In this document: piece by piece, positions 10,500 through 17,644 of the stretch
Layout: each line of letters opens with the position of its first letter
Position numbering within the stretch: position 1 is the stretch's first letter
From: an uncultured cyanobacterium
GTDB taxonomy: Bacteria > Cyanobacteriota > Cyanobacteriia > Phormidesmidales > Phormidesmidaceae
Direction of reading: 5' to 3'
DNA: 32,000 nt
Assembly: GCA_963793265.1 (NCBI GenBank)
Contig: CAWBZI010000001.1
Coordinates: 1,582,758-1,614,757, forward strand
The notes under the pieces: generated by a model
The model's input: only the letters and a program-made list of their open reading frames with translations
What the model was told of the DNA's origin: nothing
Database searches by the model: none
Position numbers and translations under genes: made by a program

Positions 10500-10997
10500 T
10501 TACTGACTAGCAGTAGAGGGACTTTGCGGTCTAACACTGACGCCCGGTAGGTTATCAGGATCTCCGTCTGGTGCAATTACTTCCGGTAAAACGACTTCGC
10601 TAGGCGAAAAGCTCACCTGAGAATGCAGCCATTCTGTAATCAAGTGCGGGCAGTTCTTTTTGCTCCAGCGCAGCATGAAATATCTAAAAATAGGCTTTGA
10701 GCGCCGAGCAATCACCTTCATGAATCGGTTGAGCGGCTTTGATTGAATGCGCTGGTTGAGCAAGTTGACAGAGCCTACGTCGTAGAGGCAGTCGGCAATG
10801 AGCCGCATCGTGACTTCTTCGCGCAAAAACATGCTCTCTAGCAGCATTTCGACGTCTCGCATTCGCGCCTCTTCTTTTTGCCGCTCGCGCCAGGTAATAG
10901 CGTCTCTGGAAGATTGCGATCGCCTTAACATAGTCAATTTAGGGAGAAAGTTCGTAAGAAAGTGCGGTAAGCGGAAAACGAATCTGCTTCGCGACAC
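10500..10997 (-). CDS. Hypothetical protein
   Basis: The 165-aa ORF contains a HIP1 site, so it looks like native core DNA. The true start may be the internal ATG at 10931 (MLRRSQ...). I recognise no family. Confidence 0.5.
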   Translation of the reverse strand: MSRSRFVFRLPHFLTNFLPKLTMLRRSQSSRDAITWRERQKEEARMRDVEMLLESMFLREEVTMRLIADCLYDVGSVNLLNQRIQSKPLNRFMKVIARRSKPIFRYFMLRWSKKNCPHLITEWLHSQVSFSPSEVVLPEVIAPDGDPDNLPGVSVRPQSPSTASQ

Positions 10998-11075
10998 AAA
11001 GGATTCACCAAAAGTTTACGAGAATTATCCTGTAAAAAAAATCTATCTTGCTAAATATTAGCAGTGGTGCCGATG

Positions 11076-11109
11076 AGCTACGGAGCTTGCAATTCCCTAT
11101 AAGGAATTA
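11076..11109. repeat. Left copy of the colinear imperfect direct repeat (AGCTACGG ... ATAAGGAATTA) bracketing the accessory island
   Basis: AGCTACGG lies at 11076-11083 and ATAAGGAATTA at 11099-11109. The same two words occur in the same order at 16064-16071 and 16098-16108. Confidence 0.4.
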
Positions 11110-11145
11110 TCTACCAGCAAAACGATGTTTTGGTAGGTCAAAAGG

Positions 11146-11337
11146 ATGAGGAAAAATTTTGAATTAGTCAGCGAACTTGATCAGGTTGCTCGGCTTGAGT
11201 CAGAGGCTAAAGAACTCAGAAGAAAAGCCAGTGAGAAGAGAGCACAAGCTGACGAAAACCTTCGGCATTGCCTAGAGCGTTTAAGCCAGCATATAGCCAG
11301 CAATAAAACTAAAAGCAGCGACAAAGTTAAGTCCTGA
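11146..11337 (+). CDS. Small hypothetical coiled-coil protein (63 aa)
   Basis: The ORF has an ATG start. It is K/E/R-rich and helical (ESEAKELRRKASEKRAQADENLRHCLERL) and shows weak pattern similarity to the next small ORF. Coding status is unproven. Confidence 0.35.
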   Translation: MRKNFELVSELDQVARLESEAKELRRKASEKRAQADENLRHCLERLSQHIASNKTKSSDKVKS

Positions 11338-11453
11338 AAGTGTGGAGTATAGCTGCTGCTTACTAAATCGGCTTTTTATATCGAAAAACTATATCTACTT
11401 ATGGCCATCTCTCACCTGTGAGACTGCTTCCCAAGTATCCGAGAAACTAAGCA

Positions 11454-11705
11454 ATGACAAATATAAATAATGACTTAGGTAACATTTGGAATCTAAGATC
11501 AGACGCTGATGCTTTAACAGCAGAAGCGGCTCAAAAGAAAGAGCGTGCCGATAGCGAGCTAAAGGAAAAACTAGAAGAGTTAAAGGAACTGATTCAAGAT
11601 TATCAGGAAGGGAAACAGGTATGCCCTGAGATCAGACAACTCATGCGAACATATCCTTTACTTCAGGAGTATCACCCTGACTATTGGAAATTATGCGCGC
11701 TTTGA
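11454..11705 (+). CDS. Small hypothetical coiled-coil protein (83 aa)
   Basis: The ORF has an ATG start. It has a helical segment AEAAQKKERADSELKEKLEELKELI followed by a Cys/Tyr/Trp-containing tail. Coding status is unproven. Confidence 0.4.
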   Translation: MTNINNDLGNIWNLRSDADALTAEAAQKKERADSELKEKLEELKELIQDYQEGKQVCPEIRQLMRTYPLLQEYHPDYWKLCAL

Positions 11706-11725
11706 AATCAGACTTCAGTCTGATT
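11706..11725. terminator. Perfect 8-bp hairpin at the junction of two convergent genes
   Basis: AATCAGAC (11706-11713), loop TTCA, GTCTGATT (11718-11725). The stop codon of the minus-strand pentapeptide gene (complement of 11715-11717) sits in the loop. There are no strong U-runs. Confidence 0.35.
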
Positions 11726-13493
11726 CTTGAAGCTGACAAATAGATAGCCTTATAAATTCGTAGAGTATGCCCTCTTTAGAGAGAGCGTTAGATGAACGGC
11801 CAAGTATGTTAGGAATCGTCGTTTCTGACATCGCTTTTAAGACTTCTACGTAACTTAAAGCAGGTAGATCTAAAGCCAACTCTTCGTAGCAGGGCTTTTG
11901 GAATTGGCAGAGACAATCAGCTAAATGAGACAACAAAGTGTCCATATCGGACTCAAGATGACGTGAAGCTGTGGAAGGATCGCTAATTTCACCGCCTGAA
12001 CAATTTATCCAATATTGCTCAAGTGCTTGAGTTCTAACAGTTTCTCTGTTCTTCTTAAGCCAATCTCCAGCCTCACAAGCGCAACGCTTACTGAGTTCTA
12101 ACTGCTGATTCTTCGCGTGTGCCTGTCGTTCGAGTTCATCAGCTTCTCTATATGCTTGATCTCGAGCTTTGACCTTATCCTCAATATCCAGGAGCAGATC
12201 TCTTGCAGTATTATCAATGTCTTTGTTTTCTAGAGACAACTTTTCTACGGCACCGACTACTTCATTAATAAGAGGGTGACTAGGCGAAGATGAGAGCAAA
12301 TCGCTATCTAGGAGTCGAATAAGTTCCGTGATTTTCTGACGAATTTCAGTTATTTCTTGTTTTCTTTTAGCTTCTTCTGTTGTCAGTAACGTGTGTACAA
12401 TACCAAGGAGCTTAAGTTCGGGAGAATCTACAGTTTTTGTGGCGCTAGTCGTTTCAGCGTAGTCATCTACTATCAAGTTTAGGACACGATGCTTTTGGCA
12501 AAAGTCCACATCATATTTTGCCTGCCGCCAGCTCTCTGCCCTAGATAATTGAAGCTGCTCAATAGTTATCTGGGCTCTACTAAGGTGTGCACCCTCTAAA
12601 TCAGCATCTTTCAGGCAAGCTCCCCGTAAGTTTGCCCCTTGCAAAAAAGCCCCCCGTAAGTCTGCCCCTTGCAAATCTGCTTTCGGCAGGATAGCTCTTT
12701 GTAAATTTGCCCGTCCGAGCTTTGCATTTCTCAAGTTGGTCAGTCTTTCTGCCGGTTTTCTATCAAAGCGAGTATCCCTTCCTTCTATATCATCTGGCTC
12801 GCTCGTGTCTAGATTGGCCTCTTCTAAGTCAGCGCCCCAAAGATTTGAACCTTCAAGGTTTGCGCCACGCAGATTAGCTTGCTGAAGCTGAGCTATATAC
12901 AAATTGGCTTTGTACAAATTCGCGCCCTGAAGAAGTGCGCATTTTAAGCTTGAGCGAGCTAAGTCTGCCTTTCTTAAATCTATCTCAATTAGATCTGCCC
13001 CGTCGGCGTCCAAGCCCCGAAGCGACCCTCCAGCCTGGTTGATCTCTTCGAGCGCTTGAATTCTCGCACCGCTGGTTTCCGTACCGCGCGCGCCGTCAAT
13101 TAATTGCCAAGCGACTCTCTCTGAGTGCTTTCGTCGATCCCGCGTATCTAAAATAAATATAGATAACGCTAAAAGAATACTAAAGTTCTGAACTTGACCT
13201 AACAGTTTTGAATGAGCTGATTTACATACAAAGAAATCCCAAGAGAAAGCAGGGCTCTTGCAGGTGAGGTTGCTGTCAGGCTCAAAAATTGCTGTTACGG
13301 CATAGATAGATAGAGTTAGTCCGAGCGCAGGTAATGTTAGAGCAATAAATTTTCTAACAGCCGGAATATCCTTCTTCATCCAGCAAAGCGGAGATCGCTT
13401 GACCCAGCGGAAAGCCTCTTTTGTGACTGAATAGATGGTAGGGGTTCGCTTCTTTATGTCCTCAGAAGTCCTAGTCATATCGATCCTAGTCAC
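11715..13493 (-). CDS. Membrane-anchored pentapeptide-repeat protein with a C-terminal coiled-coil region of about 270 aa
   Basis: The 592-aa ORF has N-terminal hydrophobic helices (FIALTLPALGLTLSIYAVTAIF, FSILLALSIFIL). These are followed by tandem A(D/N)LxX pentapeptides (GADLIEIDLRKADLARSSLKCALLQGANLYKANLYIAQLQQANLRGANLEGSNLWGADLEEANL ... ADLQGADLRGAFLQGANLRGACLKDADLEGAHL). The C-terminal part is E/K/L-rich and helical. Confidence 0.9.
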   Translation of the reverse strand: MTRIDMTRTSEDIKKRTPTIYSVTKEAFRWVKRSPLCWMKKDIPAVRKFIALTLPALGLTLSIYAVTAIFEPDSNLTCKSPAFSWDFFVCKSAHSKLLGQVQNFSILLALSIFILDTRDRRKHSERVAWQLIDGARGTETSGARIQALEEINQAGGSLRGLDADGADLIEIDLRKADLARSSLKCALLQGANLYKANLYIAQLQQANLRGANLEGSNLWGADLEEANLDTSEPDDIEGRDTRFDRKPAERLTNLRNAKLGRANLQRAILPKADLQGADLRGAFLQGANLRGACLKDADLEGAHLSRAQITIEQLQLSRAESWRQAKYDVDFCQKHRVLNLIVDDYAETTSATKTVDSPELKLLGIVHTLLTTEEAKRKQEITEIRQKITELIRLLDSDLLSSSPSHPLINEVVGAVEKLSLENKDIDNTARDLLLDIEDKVKARDQAYREADELERQAHAKNQQLELSKRCACEAGDWLKKNRETVRTQALEQYWINCSGGEISDPSTASRHLESDMDTLLSHLADCLCQFQKPCYEELALDLPALSYVEVLKAMSETTIPNILGRSSNALSKEGILYEFIRLSICQLQESD

Positions 13494-13544
13494 AGAAAAG
13501 TATTGCTTTAGGATTTCTAATTGCTAGCAAGTGATGGGCCTAGA

Positions 13545-13575
13545 GCCTAATCTTCTGTATATCAGAAGATTAGGC
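13545..13575. repeat. 31-bp perfect palindrome (13-bp arms, 5-nt centre)
   Basis: GCCTAATCTTCTG (13545-13557), tatat, CAGAAGATTAGGC (13563-13575). It lies in the 448-bp divergent intergenic region between the pentapeptide gene and the methyltransferase gene. No flanking U-run on either strand. Confidence 0.9.
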
Positions 13576-13941
13576 ATCTTACTTACCAGAGAAATACTGA
13601 CTAAATAGTAAGGCAAATTCCTGTAGTTTTTTCAATTTTATATTTCCAAGATGTTAAGGGAAGCCAAGACTTAAGGTAATTGAAATCGGTATCTTCAGCC
13701 TGATTATCTAAGTTCTAAGGAATTTCTCTTCTGTAATGTGGCCTGAAAGCCATTTGTACCAGCGATCTGGCATCATCTTAAGAAGGTTCAGCCCAAACCG
13801 ATCCGAGTCCACAGCTTTTTATCTGCTCAATTGGGTAAGCAAACGCATAGGCACCTGGGATATAGATTGAACCGCTTGACCTTTACCGCTAAGATCATGA
13901 CCTAAGAGATCGACCTACAAACAAAAAAGCATTCTCACTAG

Positions 13942-14952
13942 ATGACAGCAAAATACACCAGTCTCGAACTATGTGCCGGTGCTGGCGGGCAAGCCTTGGG
14001 TCTTGAGCAGACAGGGTTTGAACACGTGGCTCTCGTAGAGAACGATTTGCATCCATGCAATACTCTGAGGTCAAATCGGCCTAGTTGGCCAGTTATTGAG
14101 ACTGATCTGAAAACTTTTGACGCAAAAGCTTACGAAGGGGTTGACCTTGTGGCCGGAGGTGTTCCGTGTCAACCTTTCAGCGCCGGGGGAAAGCAACTTG
14201 GCCTTCATGATGAGCGTGACCTTTTTCCTTCTGCCATTCGCGTTATCGCTGAATGTAGACCGAGACTGATCCTTTTAGAAAACGTCCGAGGCTTAGCAGA
14301 TAAGAAGTTTTCAAGCTACAGAAAATGGATAATAAGCGAACTGCACGACTTGGGATATCAGTGCGAATGGAAAGTAGTCAATGCTGTTGACTATGGTGTA
14401 TGCCAAGCAAGGTTACGCTTCATCCTTGTCGGCTATCTGGGCACGTCTTCCTTATTTCCATGGCCAGAACCAGTAAAGCAAACGACGACTGTTGGCGAAG
14501 CTTTGCAAGATCTGATGGGCGAAAACGGGTGGCAAGGTTTAGATAAATGGGTCAAACAGGCTAATGGTGTAGCCCCTTGCCTCGTTGGCGGCAGTAAAAA
14601 ACACGGCGGTGCCGATTTAGGGCCGCAACGTGCCAAAAGGGACTGGCTACGCTTGGGTGTTGATGGGAAGGGGCTTGCGAACACCGCACCTTCAACCGAC
14701 TTCCAGGGCTTACCAAGATTAACAAACCTAATGGCTGCAAGGTTGCAGGGATTTCCCGACGACTGGCATTTTGCAAGCAAGAAAACGGCTACCTACCGGC
14801 AGATAGGCAATGCTTTTCCCTCGCCAGTGGCTAGAGCGATAGGTGAATCGCTAATTAGCTGGCTAGAAACGGATGGTCAAGCAGGCAAGCATCGTATTGA
14901 GAAAGCCTATTCAGAGCAATCTGCTCTACAGCTAGAACTCGCCGTTGGATAG
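13942..14952 (+). CDS. DNA (cytosine-5)-methyltransferase, the modification subunit of the R-M module
   Basis: The 336-aa ORF has C5-MTase motifs in canonical order: LCAGAGG (I), GGVPCQPFS (IV, catalytic PCQ), LLENVRGL (VI), QARLRFILVG (VIII) and GNAFPSPVA (X). Confidence 0.95.
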   Translation: MTAKYTSLELCAGAGGQALGLEQTGFEHVALVENDLHPCNTLRSNRPSWPVIETDLKTFDAKAYEGVDLVAGGVPCQPFSAGGKQLGLHDERDLFPSAIRVIAECRPRLILLENVRGLADKKFSSYRKWIISELHDLGYQCEWKVVNAVDYGVCQARLRFILVGYLGTSSLFPWPEPVKQTTTVGEALQDLMGENGWQGLDKWVKQANGVAPCLVGGSKKHGGADLGPQRAKRDWLRLGVDGKGLANTAPSTDFQGLPRLTNLMAARLQGFPDDWHFASKKTATYRQIGNAFPSPVARAIGESLISWLETDGQAGKHRIEKAYSEQSALQLELAVG

Positions 14953-15660
14953 AGTGTCCTCTGTTAGTTCACTGATAGCTTCAATGATCAATGCCTGTGG
15001 TGTGGTGGCACGTGATCGCGCTAACCTCTGCAACGATTCTCCTAACTCCTTAGTCAGTTGAATAGGAATAGTCTGACCATAGTGTTCTGGGAATGCCCAC
15101 GCACATTGATTGCAGTCAACTTCGCACCCCATGCATGAGCGTCGTTTAGCAACGTTACAAGCAATGCAAAGCGGTTGCCAGTTTTGAATTTCGGAACCAC
15201 CGCCTCTAATCAAAGGAACTTTGTGATCGGCTTGTAGCCCCTTTCCATCTGTTGCAAACTGCTGGGAACAAGCAGCACAACGATATTCGAAGACTTCAAA
15301 TAGCTGCCTCTTTTGCGCGCCAGTAAGATACGTCCTATCAAATGCCTCGCTTAAGCTGGCTGACAATAACCGATAAGCGTGAGAGCCATTATGAATGCCA
15401 GTTTCTATATCGCAACCCCTTTCATTGCGAAGCTCGCGTATACGCCTATCAATGTATTTCTGATTTGTTAGCTCATAAAGTTGATCAGAAAGAACCCAAT
15501 TCTTCGGGAAAGATTTGCTTGAATCCCATAGCGCCTTTAGCACCAGTAGCTTCGCAGCACTAAGCTTCTTCGGCTTACCCGCTTTTGTTAAAACATGGTT
15601 CTCAACCTGACCAATGTATTCCTGAAATCCTTCGTTAGCTGATAGATTTTGCTCAGGCAT
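14932..15660 (-). CDS. HNH-family endonuclease, the putative restriction subunit, with an N-terminal wHTH-like region and a C-terminal RHH-like tail
   Basis: The HNH/His-Me core is CAAC...ADHKVPLIRGG...NWQPLCIACNVAKR (DNA 15154-15279). I chose the start at ATG 15660 (MPEQNLS...), which overlaps the stop of the upstream controller gene by 8 nt (ATGCCTGA). The 3' end overlaps the convergent MTase gene by 21 nt. Confidence 0.8.
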   Translation of the reverse strand: MPEQNLSANEGFQEYIGQVENHVLTKAGKPKKLSAAKLLVLKALWDSSKSFPKNWVLSDQLYELTNQKYIDRRIRELRNERGCDIETGIHNGSHAYRLLSASLSEAFDRTYLTGAQKRQLFEVFEYRCAACSQQFATDGKGLQADHKVPLIRGGGSEIQNWQPLCIACNVAKRRSCMGCEVDCNQCAWAFPEHYGQTIPIQLTKELGESLQRLARSRATTPQALIIEAISELTEDTLSNGEF

Positions 15661-15916
15661 CACTACCTTGCCCTTGCTGAATAGCGCTCTCCAACTTTGC
15701 GGCAAACTCAGCTAATGAAATACCCATTGCCTGGCAGAAATGCCTAAGTTCAATGATGTCTATGCGCCTTTCGCCGCGTTCGCACTTACTAACAAAAGAT
15801 TGAGTTTCATCTAGGGCAATAGCAATATCTTCCTGAGTCAGACTCGCCTGAATACGAAGCTCCTTGAGGAGATTAAGAAAAATCTGATATTCTCCCGAGA
15901 AAAGAGCTTTCTCCAT
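15653..15916 (-). CDS. XRE-family HTH protein, putative R-M controller (C) protein
   Basis: The 87-aa ORF has an HTH (LTQEDIAIALDETQSFVSKCERGERRIDIIEL). It lies directly upstream of the nuclease gene, overlapping it in a way consistent with translational coupling. This is the typical C-R operon layout. Confidence 0.8.
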   Translation of the reverse strand: MEKALFSGEYQIFLNLLKELRIQASLTQEDIAIALDETQSFVSKCERGERRIDIIELRHFCQAMGISLAEFAAKLESAIQQGQGSDA

Positions 15917-15931
15917 CAGTGACCAGCCGTT

Positions 15932-15979
15932 GACTAGCCATCAATTTATAGTCATTTATCGAATAGTCCAAGATCGACT
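15932..15979 (-). promoter_or_regulatory. Candidate C-box operator region upstream of the controller gene
   Basis: Four GACT/AGTC half-sites fall within 48 bp. Read on the minus strand they give TAGTC-N7-GACTA (15964-15980), then GACTA-N12-TAGTC (15932-15953). The direct repeat GACTAT occurs twice. GACT/AGTC half-sites are what I recall from characterised C-protein operators. Confidence 0.4.
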
Positions 15980-16063
15980 AATTTGCGAACGGTAGGGAAA
16001 AAATTTTAGCGTTTTCTGTCAGCTCTGCGTTTGTGGAGATAGCTATTAAGGTGAACTGCTGAA

Positions 16064-16108
16064 AGCTACGGGCACGATAAATCCACGGCAATCACTGATA
16101 AGGAATTA
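16064..16108. repeat. Right copy of the colinear imperfect direct repeat, immediately 5' of the comM start
   Basis: AGCTACGG lies at 16064-16071 and ATAAGGAATTA at 16098-16108. The comM ATG is at 16115. Confidence 0.4.
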
Positions 16109-16114
16109 ACCACT

Positions 16115-17644
16115 ATGCTGGCAAGAATTTGGAGTGCTTCGCTCATCGGGATTGATGCGCTAAAAGTCGGTGTGGAAGTTGATCTTTCAGGCGGCTTGCC
16201 CGGTGTGGTGATTGTGGGCTTACCGGATACAGCGGTGCAGGAGTCACGTGAGCGAGTGCGGGCGGCGCTGAAGAATGCGGGGTTTGCCTTTCCGATGCGT
16301 AAGGTGGTGATTAATCTCACCCCGGCAGATGTGCGTAAGGAAGGGCCAATTTATGATTTGCCGATTGCCGTTGGGATTTTGGCTGCATCGGAGGCGGTGG
16401 CCCAGACTTGTTTGGATGACTATTTGTTTTTGGGTGAGATGTCTTTAGATGGGACGCTGAGGCCGGTGGCGGGTGTGGTTGCGATCGCTGCTGCCGCCCG
16501 TAGACTCGGACTAAAAGGACTGGTTCTCCCAGCAGACAATGCTTACGAAGCCGCTGTCGTGCCTGGCCTAGAGGTGTATGGCTTTAAGCATTTATCTGAG
16601 GTGACAGACTTTTTGAATCATCCTGAGAGTCAGGAGCCGGTAAAGGTGAATGCGCCCGAGGAATTGTTGCGATCGCCCGCCCCCAGCGAAGACTTGCGTG
16701 ATGTAAAAGGCCAAGCCCAAGCCCGCCGCGCCCTAGAAATTGCCGCAGCAGGCGGACACAACCTTTGTCTCATCGGCCCACCCGGCAGCGGCAAAACCAT
16801 GCTCGCCCAGCGCCTACCCGGCATACTGCCACCCCTTACCTTCGCTGAAGCCTTAGAAGTCACCCAAATCCACTCCGTCGCCGGACTTCTCAAAGAAAAA
16901 GGCAGCTTAGTCAACCAGCGCCCCTTTCGCACTCCGCATCACTCAGCCTCCGGCCCTTCCCTAGTGGGCGGCGGCAGCTATCCCAAACCCGGCGAAATCT
17001 CACTCGCGCACCGAGGCGTTCTCTTCCTAGACGAACTTACCGAATTCAAACGCAGCGTCCTCGAATTCTTACGCCAGCCCTTAGAAGACGGCAAAGTCAC
17101 CATCTCTCGCACCCGCCAATCCGTAGAATTTCCCGCTCAGTTCACCCTAGTCTCTAGCACCAATCCCTGCCCCTGCGGCTACTTCGGTGACACCGTACAG
17201 CCCTGCACCTGCACCCCTCGCAACCGTGAGCAATATTGGGCCAAGCTCTCAGGCCCCCTCATGGATCGCATTGACTTGCAGGTAATCGTAGGTCGTCTCA
17301 AACCCGAAGAAGTGACCCGCCAGCCTGAAGGCGAAGATTCTACAACCGTCAGAGCGAGAGTAGAAGCCGCCCGTCATCGCGCCCAGACTCGGTTTGCTGA
17401 AGCACCCTCCTTGCAGTGCAACGCGGATATGCAGAGCCGCCATATCCGCGAATGGTGCCCTTTTGACGAAAGCACACGTAGCTTAATCGAAGGTGCCGTG
17501 CGCAAATTAGGGCTTTCTGCTCGCGCCACAGATCGCATTCTCAAAGTGGCTCGCACTATCGCTGACTTAGGCGATGCGCCTCATATCGAAACCCAGCACG
17601 TCGCTGAGGCCATCCAATATCGCACCATCGACCGAATGCAGTAA
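16115..17644 (+). CDS. comM: YifB/ComM-family Mg-chelatase-like AAA+ ATPase
   Basis: The 509-aa ORF has an N-terminal Lon-like domain (MLARIWSASLIGIDA...), Walker A GPPGSGKT, Walker B GVLFLDEL and a Cys-rich segment NPCPCGYFGD..CTC. The gene is intact. Confidence 0.95.
   Translation: MLARIWSASLIGIDALKVGVEVDLSGGLPGVVIVGLPDTAVQESRERVRAALKNAGFAFPMRKVVINLTPADVRKEGPIYDLPIAVGILAASEAVAQTCLDDYLFLGEMSLDGTLRPVAGVVAIAAAARRLGLKGLVLPADNAYEAAVVPGLEVYGFKHLSEVTDFLNHPESQEPVKVNAPEELLRSPAPSEDLRDVKGQAQARRALEIAAAGGHNLCLIGPPGSGKTMLAQRLPGILPPLTFAEALEVTQIHSVAGLLKEKGSLVNQRPFRTPHHSASGPSLVGGGSYPKPGEISLAHRGVLFLDELTEFKRSVLEFLRQPLEDGKVTISRTRQSVEFPAQFTLVSSTNPCPCGYFGDTVQPCTCTPRNREQYWAKLSGPLMDRIDLQVIVGRLKPEEVTRQPEGEDSTTVRARVEAARHRAQTRFAEAPSLQCNADMQSRHIREWCPFDESTRSLIEGAVRKLGLSARATDRILKVARTIADLGDAPHIETQHVAEAIQYRTIDRMQ

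Noticed and set aside
10379-10576. A 65-aa minus-strand ORF.
   Set aside because: It overlaps the 3' end of the longer 10500-10997 ORF in another frame and has no motif or ribosome-binding-site support.
14433-14780. Minus-strand ORFs of 115 aa and 71 aa inside the methyltransferase gene.
   Set aside because: They are antisense to a CDS carrying all the C5-MTase motifs, and their products are Pro/Ser/Arg-rich and low-complexity.
16066-16320. An 84-aa minus-strand ORF overlapping the comM start, plus other antisense ORFs within comM (16630-16932, 17249-17443, 17374-17556).
   Set aside because: They are antisense shadows of the intact 509-aa ComM frame. None has recognisable motifs.
16115-17644. 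comM as a disrupted integration target, since comM is a known island hotspot in some bacteria.
   Set aside because: The gene is full-length and uninterrupted. The island lies upstream of its start codon rather than inside it.
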